Origin: Candidatus Levyibacteriota bacterium
GTDB taxonomy: Bacteria > Patescibacteriota > Microgenomatia > Levybacterales > UBA12049
Length of the DNA: 49,861 nucleotides
NCBI GenBank assembly: GCA_038205015.1
Contig: JBBRCK010000001.1
Span: 1-49,861 of the forward strand
Reading direction: 5' to 3'
Shown here: in pieces, positions 18,160 to 27,371 of the stretch
Numbering within the stretch: the first letter of the stretch is position 1
Layout of the letters: each line of letters opens with the position of its first letter
Notes under the pieces: generated by a model
What the model was told of the DNA's origin: nothing
What the model saw: the letters and a program-made list of their open reading frames with translations, nothing else
Databases searched by the model: none
Position numbers and translations under genes: made by a program

Positions 18160-19434
18160 ATGAAACACACCCGAAAAGTCCTCAAGAACGGTTTAAGGCT
18201 AATCACAATTCCGATGCCTTCGTTTGAATCTGCAACCGTAATGGTAATGGTTGGAGCGGGTTCTAGATACGAAACTTCTAAAAATAACGGAATTTCCCAT
18301 TTTTTAGAGCATATGGCGTTTAAGGGTACAGAAAAACGCCCAAATGCGCAGGCAATTGCTTCTTTAATTGATGGAATCGGCGGAGAATTTAATGCTTTTA
18401 CCAGCAAAGAGGTAACCGGATATTACGTAAAATCAGCTGCAAATCACGTTGATTTGTGCTTGGATATACTTGCAGATATGCTTCAGAATTCAAAGCTGGA
18501 CGAAGCTGAGATAGAAAGGGAAAAGGGGGTAATTTTGGAAGAAATTAACCTTTATGAAGACACTCCTTCTAGAAAAATTGGCGATATTTACGAAAGCCTG
18601 TTATATGGAGATACTCCAATGGGCTGGGATATTGCAGGCCGCAAGGAAGTAATTAAGGCAATTACCAGAAAAGACTTTGTAGATTACATGCAAAGCCTTT
18701 ATAGCGCTGATAATATTACGGTAGTTGTTGCAGGCGGAGTCGAGGCTAAAAATGTTGAAGAAATGGTTGAGAAACACTTCGGTAGCATGAAGTCTTTCGA
18801 TATATTAAGATGCATTCAACTAGTAGAAAACCAGGTCAAACCAGCACTTACTATAAAGCAAAAAACTACCGAGCAAGTACATATTGCACTTGGATTTAGG
18901 ACAGTTTCCATTAATAACGAAGAAAAGCACGCTCTTTCAGTTCTGGCTGCAATACTTGGAGGAGGCATGAGTTCGAGGCTATTTTCCGAAGTTAGGGAAA
19001 AAAGAGGTTTGGCTTATTACGTAAGAACATCATCCGAGCATTATCAGGATGGCGGAAACATTGTTTCAACCGCAGGCTTAGATTCGAAGCGTTTGGAAGA
19101 GGGAATCTCGGTAATCGTAGAGGAATATTCAAAATTTGCCAAAGGAATCGCAAGTATAACCGAAAAAGAGCTTTCAAAAGCTAAGGAATACTTAAAAGGC
19201 CATTTTGTTTTGGAATTAGAAGATAGTCGTTCGGTGGCTGCATTTCATGCTCAGGCAGAGCTTTTGGAGAAAACAATAGAAACTCCGGAAGAATTGATTG
19301 TTAAAACAGATAAAGTCACTTTAGAAGAGGTTGAGACTATGGCCAAAAAATACTTTAAGCAAGAGACGCTTAATTTAGCCATAATTGGAAATTTTGACGA
19401 TAGACAAAAATTTGAAAAACTATTAAAATTATAA
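18160..19434 (+). CDS. M16 family (pitrilysin-like) zinc peptidase
   Basis: GISHFLEHMAFKGT (HxxEH), NAFTS, GGGMSSRLFSEVREKRGLAY. Confidence 0.95.
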   Translation: MKHTRKVLKNGLRLITIPMPSFESATVMVMVGAGSRYETSKNNGISHFLEHMAFKGTEKRPNAQAIASLIDGIGGEFNAFTSKEVTGYYVKSAANHVDLCLDILADMLQNSKLDEAEIEREKGVILEEINLYEDTPSRKIGDIYESLLYGDTPMGWDIAGRKEVIKAITRKDFVDYMQSLYSADNITVVVAGGVEAKNVEEMVEKHFGSMKSFDILRCIQLVENQVKPALTIKQKTTEQVHIALGFRTVSINNEEKHALSVLAAILGGGMSSRLFSEVREKRGLAYYVRTSSEHYQDGGNIVSTAGLDSKRLEEGISVIVEEYSKFAKGIASITEKELSKAKEYLKGHFVLELEDSRSVAAFHAQAELLEKTIETPEELIVKTDKVTLEEVETMAKKYFKQETLNLAIIGNFDDRQKFEKLLKL

Positions 19435-19436
19435 AT

Positions 19437-20009
19437 ATGGAAAGAACATTAGTGGTATTAAAACCGGATGCAGTAAAAAGAGGTTTGATTGGTCAGATTC
19501 TTACACGTTTCGAAAATGTTGGATTAACAATTGTGGCTGTTAGGCTAGTTACCGCAAAAAGAGAGCTAGTTGAAAGGCATTATCCGGAGAATAGGGAAGA
19601 ATTATGGGTTGGAATAGGTAATAAAACCCTCGAAAACTACAAAGCCTTCGAAATTGACCCGAAAGAAAGTCTTGGAACAGACGATCCTAAAGAAATCGGT
19701 AAAATGGTAAGAGTTTGGTTAATGGATTATATTATGGAAGGACCAGTTTTAGCCTTAGTTTTACAAGGTCCACACGCAGTTGAGCTGGTCAGAAAGCTGG
19801 CTGGACACACTCTTCCATTAATTTCGGCACCGGGTACAATCAGAGGAGATTTTTCGTTTGATTCTTCTTATCTTGCCAACAGCAGCAAAAGACCAATTAA
19901 AAACTTAATTCATGCATCAGGAAATAAAGATGAAGCTGAATACGAAATACCACTTTGGTTTACAAAAGAGGAAATCCACGATTACAAACGCTCCGCAGAC
20001 GTTATCTAA
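19437..20009 (+). CDS. ndk: Nucleoside diphosphate kinase
   Basis: ERTLVVLKPDAVKRGLIG, PGTIRGDF, NLIHASG (catalytic His). Confidence 0.95.
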   Translation: MERTLVVLKPDAVKRGLIGQILTRFENVGLTIVAVRLVTAKRELVERHYPENREELWVGIGNKTLENYKAFEIDPKESLGTDDPKEIGKMVRVWLMDYIMEGPVLALVLQGPHAVELVRKLAGHTLPLISAPGTIRGDFSFDSSYLANSSKRPIKNLIHASGNKDEAEYEIPLWFTKEEIHDYKRSADVI

Positions 20010-20436
20010 CTTGCTTCTCTTTTCTAAAATTTAAATAAGCTAATATCAGAATTCCGGTTGAAATTGCTTCGGATGTTAGGCAATATTGGCAAAAAGCATG
20101 GAGAATAAAAGCCTGAATTACAATTAACGCGACCGAAACCATAAATCCAGTTATCGAAAGAAGATAAAACGCGTTTAAATAAATCTTTTTATAATTTGTA
20201 AGAAGCAAAGTACAGATAACCATCACCAAAAGGTAGAAGACAGAGCCTAAAAGCGCAACAGAAATTGGTCCGATGGTTGCATATTGACTGGTTAAAACCT
20301 TTTCGCAGTTAGCGATAACAGAACAGGGTGGAACAATGTTTTTATAATGCAGAATTGTTAGGTAAGTTGCGACAATAAAACCTAAAAAACCTAAGATTAA
20401 AGAGTAGAGGATTAACTTATTTTTTGTTGAGTTCAT
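20002..20436 (-). CDS. Vitamin K epoxide reductase (VKOR) family protein
   Basis: C..C.KVLTSQY loop, CQYC active site, four TM helices. Confidence 0.92.
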   Translation of the reverse strand: MNSTKNKLILYSLILGFLGFIVATYLTILHYKNIVPPCSVIANCEKVLTSQYATIGPISVALLGSVFYLLVMVICTLLLTNYKKIYLNAFYLLSITGFMVSVALIVIQAFILHAFCQYCLTSEAISTGILILAYLNFRKEKQVR

Positions 20437-21157
20437 TATTAATTAATTTTTTAAGATCATCATAGCTTCCAGGGTTGGTTATTTTTACTCCGTTTAAGAT
20501 AAAGGTTGGGGTTGAATTAATTCCTTCTGAAAGCGCTTGCTGTTCTGAAGCATTTACGTAGTTTTTAACTTCATCTGAGGTTAAATCTGTTTGGAATTTT
20601 TTTAAATCAAGCTTTAATTTCCTGGCATAGTCCATAAATGTACCTGTTGGGTCTGAAGTCTCCGCCCAATCTTTTTGATTTGTAAACAAAAGGTCAGACA
20701 TTTCAAATAAATTATTTTGCTTGTAGGCGGCGTATGCAGCTTGCGCTGAGATGTGGGAATTAGGATGAAGGTTGGTTAAAGGAAACATTCTGTAGGCAAA
20801 GTAAACCTTTCCGTTAAAATCACTCAAAAGTTGTTTTACCATTGGATGATATGTCGCGCAGGCCGGACATTGAAAGTCGGAGTATTCAATTAAAGTTAAT
20901 TTTGCTTTTGAATCTCCGTTAGTAATGTCTCTTGCGGTAACCGGAGCAACGTTCACTTTTTCTGTTGAAGTGACTGAAGAAGGGGAGTTTACTAGCCAGA
21001 CCAAGCCTAAAATGACCAGGCCAATTAACAATGCTCCGCCGGCCCAAACAGAATATTTTTTAAGCTTTACGTTTCTTTCTTCAAGCTTAGCTTTTTCCTG
21101 CCATTCGATTTTTCGTAGTTCCTTTTTTTCTTTCTTGGTTAATTTTTCTTCGGACAT
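20417..21157 (-). CDS. Membrane-anchored DsbA-like thiol-disulfide oxidoreductase
   Basis: EYSDFQCPAC (CxxC) and GINSTPTF (cis-Pro); partner of the adjacent VKOR. Confidence 0.93.
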   Translation of the reverse strand: MSEEKLTKKEKKELRKIEWQEKAKLEERNVKLKKYSVWAGGALLIGLVILGLVWLVNSPSSVTSTEKVNVAPVTARDITNGDSKAKLTLIEYSDFQCPACATYHPMVKQLLSDFNGKVYFAYRMFPLTNLHPNSHISAQAAYAAYKQNNLFEMSDLLFTNQKDWAETSDPTGTFMDYARKLKLDLKKFQTDLTSDEVKNYVNASEQQALSEGINSTPTFILNGVKITNPGSYDDLKKLINNELNKK

Positions 21158-21200
21158 AGAGAATATAATCGCATGTTAGGTTTAATTTTTCAAGAGGGAA

Positions 21201-21386
21201 TTATGACTTTTTTCTAACGGCAGTTAATAATAAGACAACGCCAGCTCCCGATATTAACGTTCCTACAGAGCCAAATTCTCCATGTTGGTTAATTATTCCT
21301 TCGGCGATTGTAAACACGCCAATTCCGGAAACAAGTGCGCCTGTTTTAATCAAAGTCTGCTTTTTGTTTGGCTCTCTGTCTTTCAT
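21201..21386 (-). CDS. Small 2-TM hypothetical protein
   Basis: 61-aa ORF with two hydrophobic segments. The ATG directly follows the tRNA-Pro CCA. Confidence 0.55.
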   Translation of the reverse strand: MKDREPNKKQTLIKTGALVSGIGVFTIAEGIINQHGEFGSVGTLISGAGVVLLLTAVRKKS

Positions 21387-21461
21387 TGGTCGGGGTAGAA
21401 GGAATTGAACCTTCTGCCTCTCGGTCCCGAACCGAGCGTTCTACCGATGAACTATACCCCG
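21387..21461 (-). tRNA. tRNA-Pro (CGG)
   Basis: CGGGGTATAGTTCATCGGTAGAACGCTCGGTTCGGGACCGAGAGGCAGAAGGTTCAATTCCTTCTACCCCGACCA; cloverleaf, anticodon CGG, encoded CCA. Confidence 0.95.
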
Positions 21462-21467
21462 AAAAAG

Positions 21468-21539
21468 TGCCCTCGGGGGGAATTGAACCTCCATTTCACT
21501 CTTAGGACGAGTTTGCTCTATCCGTTGAGCTACGAGGGC
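21468..21539 (-). tRNA. tRNA-Arg (CCT)
   Basis: GCCCTCGTAGCTCAACGGATAGAGCAAACTCGTCCTAAGAGTGAAATGGAGGTTCAATTCCCCCCGAGGGCA; anticodon CCT, no encoded CCA. Confidence 0.92.
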
Positions 21540-21606
21540 GCTTCGACCATATGTCTAAGCACAAGGCTTGATTGTATTTTAACATAAGGGCGTTTACAAT
21601 AAAATT

Positions 21607-22377
21607 ATGAATAAGAAAGAGGTTTTAAAATTTTTAATACTTAGAACTGTTGGAAACTTTCTTGTTTTATTTGCAATTTTTGGAATTTTGGCAACTTTTG
21701 GACCAGCGATTTATTACGAAGTAAGCTATAAAGTCCTGCAATTTAGGGGAGTGAGATACGTAATTGCTGCAACTTCTACGGTTTTGCCTTCACCATCTCC
21801 AACTCCTACTCCTATTTCGGGTCAGCCTGTAATTACACCTATAGTTACTCCTATTCCTACTCCAACACCCGTAAAGTCAATTGGAGTTGATAATTTTGGA
21901 CAAGTTTTAACTGGACCACAAGTGCAAATCTTAACGCCGAAAGATACTAAATTTTCTATTATAATTCCAAAAATTGGAGCTTCGGCTAAAATTTATCCAA
22001 ACATTGATCCCTCCAGTGAAAATGATTTTTTGCCTACCCTAATGAAAGGCGTTGCTCATGCAAAAGGAACTGTTTTTCCAGGAATGAAGGGGAATATTTA
22101 TCTCTTTGCTCATTCAACTGACAATTTTTGGGATGTTGGAAGGTATAATGCAGTTTTTTACCTCTTAAAAGACCTACATCCGGGGGATGATGTTGTCATA
22201 TTTTTTGAAAACAAAAGGTACGATTACATAGTAAAGTCTTCTAAAATAGTTAGCCCTTCGGATGTTTCTTATATAGTAAATAGTCAAAAGCAAAGTAAAG
22301 AAACTTTAATTCTTCAGACTTGTTGGCCTCCCGGAACCACGTGGCAAAGATTATTAGTATTCGCAGAACCTAAGTAA
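21607..22377 (+). CDS. Sortase
   Basis: N-terminal TM, Pro/Thr linker, IIIPKIG, GVAH, NIYLFAHS, LILQTCWPPGTTWQRL (His/Cys/Arg triad). Confidence 0.93.
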   Translation: MNKKEVLKFLILRTVGNFLVLFAIFGILATFGPAIYYEVSYKVLQFRGVRYVIAATSTVLPSPSPTPTPISGQPVITPIVTPIPTPTPVKSIGVDNFGQVLTGPQVQILTPKDTKFSIIIPKIGASAKIYPNIDPSSENDFLPTLMKGVAHAKGTVFPGMKGNIYLFAHSTDNFWDVGRYNAVFYLLKDLHPGDDVVIFFENKRYDYIVKSSKIVSPSDVSYIVNSQKQSKETLILQTCWPPGTTWQRLLVFAEPK

Positions 22378-23583
22378 TTATTTTAGTCCAATTGTATAAA
22401 GATTTGGAGCAATGTTTGGGTTTCCTAAATTGGTTAAGATTACAAGTTTGGTAGCATCGGGCCAGGGGAATACGTATCCGTCAACAAATGGTCCTGCATA
22501 GACTGTAGTTTGATTTCCTGCGTCATATTCCATGATATCGATTTTCTGGTCGTGCACATAAATTAAGTGCTTGGAATCAGGGTACCATTTTAAGTCAAGT
22601 GGTGAATTGTCTGCTTTTCGAGGAAGACTGTCTAGAATTTTATAATTTCTGTCTTCTTTAATATCATAAACATAAATTCCACCTTTTTTAATCTCTCTTA
22701 CTTCGGGAGTTGAATCAGCTCCTATTAATGGAGGCATAATGATTCTATCTAAGGTTGCGGATTGAGACGCTTGATACAGGATTTTTGTTTCATCGGCTGT
22801 CCATTCTAAGATATTATAGTTTTCAGTAACCTGCTTTTTAAGTTTTTTAGAAAGGCTATCCATTAAAGCTTTATCTTTTTCGCTTTGCAATTTGAGCCAG
22901 GAGGTATTAACCGAAGCAATAGTCTCTGTTACATCCGAGGGAGTATCATTGGCGCTCTTAGAGTTTAAAAGGTAAGTAGTTGAAAGTAGGTCTAATTTTA
23001 TAGTTGCTAACATTTCCTTGCTATCCGGCGACCACATAAGTGTGGCTTTTGAAAAAACGTTTATCGTGTCGTTAGTAATTTGAGTTGAGCTGCTTTGTAA
23101 GGTTAGGATTGGCATTGAGCTCATGTCTAAAACATAAATTCCGTTTTTTACAGCCGACTGTGAAGCAACCGAATAGGCAATTTTTGTTTTTCCCGGATCT
23201 AAAACAGGATTAGAAATTCCGATATTAGTTATGCTTTCAAGCTTTGGGGCGCTGGGAAGTAACAGAGCGTCTGCCTTGCTGACAACCTCATTTTTAATAA
23301 TTATTTTCTTTTCCCATGCGAAATAGCCTTCTTTGAAAATTTTTACATCATAAGTACCGGGAGCCAGATTAATAGTGTTATCAGTCGCTGTGGTTAAGTG
23401 CCCGTTGATTAAAACTTGAGCTCCGTTGGGAGAGCTGGTGGTCACTAAGAGTCCTGTTCCGGAGACGATTGCGCCACTTCTATTAAAATTTAGTCTGTAT
23501 CCGCTTCCAAAAAGAATAACTAAGGCTGTTGCTAAGACTAAAAATCCAACGATAAGAAGAGAGATGGTTAGTTGTTTTTTCAT
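22378..23583 (-). CDS. PEGA domain membrane-anchored protein with beta-propeller-like C-terminus
   Basis: TGLLVTTSSPNGAQVLING...LAPGTYDVKIFKEGYFAWEK, followed by WSPD and WYPD repeats. Confidence 0.85.
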   Translation of the reverse strand: MKKQLTISLLIVGFLVLATALVILFGSGYRLNFNRSGAIVSGTGLLVTTSSPNGAQVLINGHLTTATDNTINLAPGTYDVKIFKEGYFAWEKKIIIKNEVVSKADALLLPSAPKLESITNIGISNPVLDPGKTKIAYSVASQSAVKNGIYVLDMSSMPILTLQSSSTQITNDTINVFSKATLMWSPDSKEMLATIKLDLLSTTYLLNSKSANDTPSDVTETIASVNTSWLKLQSEKDKALMDSLSKKLKKQVTENYNILEWTADETKILYQASQSATLDRIIMPPLIGADSTPEVREIKKGGIYVYDIKEDRNYKILDSLPRKADNSPLDLKWYPDSKHLIYVHDQKIDIMEYDAGNQTTVYAGPFVDGYVFPWPDATKLVILTNLGNPNIAPNLYTIGLK

Positions 23584-23724
23584 TGTGCGTTAAGCGCATT
23601 ATACGTCCAAAGAATAACTCTTGCAAGAAGCTCTGGGGGTGTTATAATCAATTAATTAAAGCCAAAATTTAAATTGATAGCTTTACGATATAGTTAGACA
23701 CACTTTTTGGCTTAAATTTAACTT

Positions 23725-24750
23725 ATGGCATTTGTGTTTTCAAAAAGAATCGGAATAGATCTTGGTACCGCAAACACTTTGGTTTATGTCGCCGGTGAAG
23801 GAATTGTCTTAAATGAGCCAACAGTAGTGGCAGTTACTGCAGAAGAGAATAGAGTGGTTGCTGTTGGTAAAGAAGCAAAGGAAATGCTTGGAAGAACCCC
23901 CGGAAATATTGTTGCTTTAAGACCGCTTCGAGATGGTGTTATTGCCGACTATACTATAACCGAGGCGATGCTTTCGTATTTTATCGATAAAGCAGTCGGT
24001 AAGTCCCGTTTTTTTAAACCTGAAGTTATGATTTGTATTCCTTCAGGTGTTACCCAAGTTGAAAGACGGGCTGTTTTGGATGCAACTATGGCAGCGGGAG
24101 CAAAAGTTGCTTATTTAATAGAAGAGCCATTAGCGGCAGCAATTGGCGCAAAAATACCAATTGCCCAGCCTGCAGGTCACATGGTAGTTGATATTGGCGG
24201 AGGCTCAACCGAGTCTGCGGTTATCTCATTGGGTGGAGTAGTTGTACATAATAGCGTTAGGGTTGGGGGAAACAAGGTCGATGAGGCAATTGCTAACTAT
24301 TGTAAAAAGAAATTCAACTTATTAATCGGAGAAAGAACGGCCGAAGAAATTAAAATAGAAATGGGCAATGCCTATTTGGACGAAAAGAAAGTTTCTGATC
24401 AAAAACACATCGAAATTAGGGGTCGCGATTCGGTAACAGGACTTCCTAGAACAGTAGAGTTAAATGAAGGACAGGTGAATGAGGCAATTCTACCCGTTTT
24501 AATGGATATTATTTCTGCCGTAAAAGGAGTAATGGAGCAAACGCCTCCCGAGTTAGCATCAGACATTATTGATAAAGGAGTTGTAATGAGTGGGGGAACA
24601 TCACTTCTTACAAACCTTGATAAGCTAATGACAAAGGTTACTGGAGTGCCTTGTCACTTGGCAGAAGATGCGCTTTTATGCGTTGTTAGAGGTACCGGTG
24701 TTGCCTTAGAAAATATAGAACTTTATAAAAGAAGCATAGCTAAGAGATAA
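23725..24750 (+). CDS. mreB: Rod shape-determining protein MreB
   Basis: IGIDLGTANT, EEPLAAAIGA, VDIGGG, GERTAEEIK, TPPELASDI. Confidence 0.97.
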   Translation: MAFVFSKRIGIDLGTANTLVYVAGEGIVLNEPTVVAVTAEENRVVAVGKEAKEMLGRTPGNIVALRPLRDGVIADYTITEAMLSYFIDKAVGKSRFFKPEVMICIPSGVTQVERRAVLDATMAAGAKVAYLIEEPLAAAIGAKIPIAQPAGHMVVDIGGGSTESAVISLGGVVVHNSVRVGGNKVDEAIANYCKKKFNLLIGERTAEEIKIEMGNAYLDEKKVSDQKHIEIRGRDSVTGLPRTVELNEGQVNEAILPVLMDIISAVKGVMEQTPPELASDIIDKGVVMSGGTSLLTNLDKLMTKVTGVPCHLAEDALLCVVRGTGVALENIELYKRSIAKR

Positions 24751-24975
24751 TCCTATAATTATTTTGTTGAATGATGGGTTATTGTTAAGAGGTAGTAAGT
24801 GTACTAAAATTTTCACAGAAACATAGTTTATAGTATTTAGATTAAGATAGAGGCATAAAGCGTTGAATATATTTAAGCTAAGCATAAAATGAATAGAAAT
24901 TTCTTGGAAACAAAAAATGTTCAAAATTAACAAAAACAAGAAAATTATAAAAATCGAGTTTAGTCTTATAATAAA

Positions 24976-25689
24976 ATGAATGATTTTGAGAAAATAAAGT
25001 TGTTAGGAGTGGGCATAACAAATGCCTCAGAAGAACAAATCCTAGAGTTTATTGTTAGAGGACTAGAGAATATTAGTGAAAAGTACTACATTGTTACCCC
25101 AAACCCCGAACTTTTGGTAATTGCCAATTACAATAGCAACTACAAGCATGTCCTTAATAACGCTAAATTAGCCTTGGCGGATGGTATAGGGGTGATGTGG
25201 GGGGCTCAATTCGTGGGTAAACCACTAATGCAAAGAATAACCGGCGCAGATTTTGTGAAAAGTCTATCAAATCATGTTGCAAAACGGCCTATAACGGTAA
25301 GCTATCTCGGCGGAGGGCCCCACGTAGCAGAGTTAACTGCCGAGTGCTTAAAAAAATTATACCCGGAGCTTAAGATAAGTTGGGTATCGCAGGAGTGGCA
25401 AAGTGGGTTAAAAAACAACAAAACAGACATCCTATTTGTTGCATTTGGTTCGCCAAAACAAGAAAAATGGATATCTGAGAATTTGGAAGATCTACCTGCT
25501 AAAGTTGTCGTTGGAGTAGGGGGTGCTTTTGATTTTATTAGTGGTAGGGTGCCAAGAGCGCCAAAGGTTTTAAGAAGCCTTGGACTTGAGTGGTTGTTCC
25601 GGCTTATTATTCAACCTTGGAGAGTAAAGAGGCAGTTATCGCTCTTAAAATTTGTATATTTAATTATTAAAGAAAAATTTAATCCTTAA
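24976..25689 (+). CDS. WecB/TagA/CpsF family glycosyltransferase
   Basis: VTPNPE, ADGIGV, RITGADF, GSPKQEKW, GVGGAFDF, RAP...GLEWLFRL. Confidence 0.95.
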   Translation: MNDFEKIKLLGVGITNASEEQILEFIVRGLENISEKYYIVTPNPELLVIANYNSNYKHVLNNAKLALADGIGVMWGAQFVGKPLMQRITGADFVKSLSNHVAKRPITVSYLGGGPHVAELTAECLKKLYPELKISWVSQEWQSGLKNNKTDILFVAFGSPKQEKWISENLEDLPAKVVVGVGGAFDFISGRVPRAPKVLRSLGLEWLFRLIIQPWRVKRQLSLLKFVYLIIKEKFNP

Positions 25690-26495
25690 CATCACCTCTT
25701 TAGCTACTATATATAGTTGAGATATAAAGCAAGTAAGCTTTTTTAAAGTAGTTAGTTTACAGCAACAATAAATTACTAATTAGTAATTTTTTAAACAGTT
25801 AATGATCATTATTAAAACTTTATATATTCTAACAATTAATAATAATCTAACTATTTATTAAGTTAAAATAAGTAAAGAAATTAATTATTAAATAAAAACT
25901 CAAATATTATAAATTTTAAATACTATCATATAGTAATTAACGATATATAAAAATATTTCAAATATATGTACTTGCGAAAGAAAATTTGTTGTTAAACAAA
26001 TGAGCAAATAGGTAAGTGTTTTAAAGAATAAGTAATTTAAGAGTTTATGCAAAAAACTACTGTTGTTATGTTTTGATATGTATTGTTAACAATTGATATG
26101 AATTGAAGGTAAATTTCGGGAATTAAATTTATTGATTTATTGGGATAATTTGGGCGTTCGAGAATTATTCGATTTAAAATAGGATTTTTTTTATTGTTTT
26201 AGCCATAATTTACCGAAGATTTACCGATAAGAAAAATACTCAAACGATTCAGACTCAGATGAATTTCACAATTGCTCAAAAACGTCTTAGCAGACAAAAG
26301 TGTACTTTGATTTTTAGCTTCGAAAGAATTATGTTTAAAAACAGAAAGATTGATTTGATAGTCTAAACTCAATTTTTTGAAGAATAGCGCTTAGTTATTT
26401 TAACTGCTAATTGAGGCTAGTAGATTTTATAATTTTAATAACAAATTTTTGATTACTTGCAATTTACTAGTCATTTGTTGTTAAATAAAATTGCA

Positions 26496-27371
26496 ATGGA
26501 TTTTAAGTTTATCAAAAATTTTGCAGCAAATAAATGGGTAATTTTTTCTCCAAGAAGATCGGCGAGACCGGATATAGCAAATGGAGAAGAGCCGCACTGT
26601 CCGTTTTGTTATGGAAATGACTCTAAAGAAAAAGAGTCCTATAGAGTTGGTGGAAATGCAGGAGAAGATAACTGGCAGATAATTGTAAAACCAAATAAAT
26701 TTGTTTTTGCGCCAATTCATGAACTGGTTATTCATTCTCCCGATCATCATAAAAATTTTGATGAATTACCTCTTTCCCAAAACGAATTAATTTTAAAAAC
26801 TTACAGAGAGCGTTTTAAAGCACATCAAGATAAAGGGCAGGTTTTTATCTTTCATAATCATGGTACTGAGGGTGGAGCAAGCCTTCCGCATCCGCATAGT
26901 CAAATAGTGGTAATACCTGATTTTGTGAAGCTAGAAGTGCCTGAAGTAGATTTTTCAAAAGAAAAAGAAGACTATCTTGAAACGGAAAATTTTATAATCT
27001 TTGCGCCAATTTCCAGTCAATGGCCGGACGAAGCATGGATTGCGCCCAAAAAGGAAGCAGGCTTTTATTCCGAAATAACCGATGAGGAGGTTAAGGATCT
27101 TGCTAAAGCTTTATACAGACTGGTGCAAATTTTTGATCTGCGCCACGGTCAGGAATTTCCATATAATTTTTATATCTCACCTTTTAAGAATTGGTATTTA
27201 AGAATTATACCAAGGCAAAAGGTGTTGGGGGGATTTGAAGTGGGTACGAATGTTTGGGTAAATACTCAAGACCCGAGGGAAACAATTGCTTTTATAAAAG
27301 AGCATTTTGAAGCACCAAACGAAGAAAAAATCAGAAACGAGCATAGAGCAAAATACCATAAAGCGGTCTAG
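26496..27371 (+). CDS. galT: Galactose-1-phosphate uridylyltransferase (GalT-like, HIT superfamily)
   Basis: WVIFSPRRSARP, CPFC, NKF, NHG..GGASLPHPHSQ. ATG 26496 is preferred over the track's TTG 26457. Confidence 0.85.
   Translation: MDFKFIKNFAANKWVIFSPRRSARPDIANGEEPHCPFCYGNDSKEKESYRVGGNAGEDNWQIIVKPNKFVFAPIHELVIHSPDHHKNFDELPLSQNELILKTYRERFKAHQDKGQVFIFHNHGTEGGASLPHPHSQIVVIPDFVKLEVPEVDFSKEKEDYLETENFIIFAPISSQWPDEAWIAPKKEAGFYSEITDEEVKDLAKALYRLVQIFDLRHGQEFPYNFYISPFKNWYLRIIPRQKVLGGFEVGTNVWVNTQDPRETIAFIKEHFEAPNEEKIRNEHRAKYHKAV

Noticed and set aside
21405-21587. 60-aa plus-strand ORF
   Set aside because: It is antisense to the two tRNA genes.
24706-24939. 77-aa minus-strand ORF
   Set aside because: Low-complexity AT-rich sequence overlapping the mreB 3' end, with no motif.
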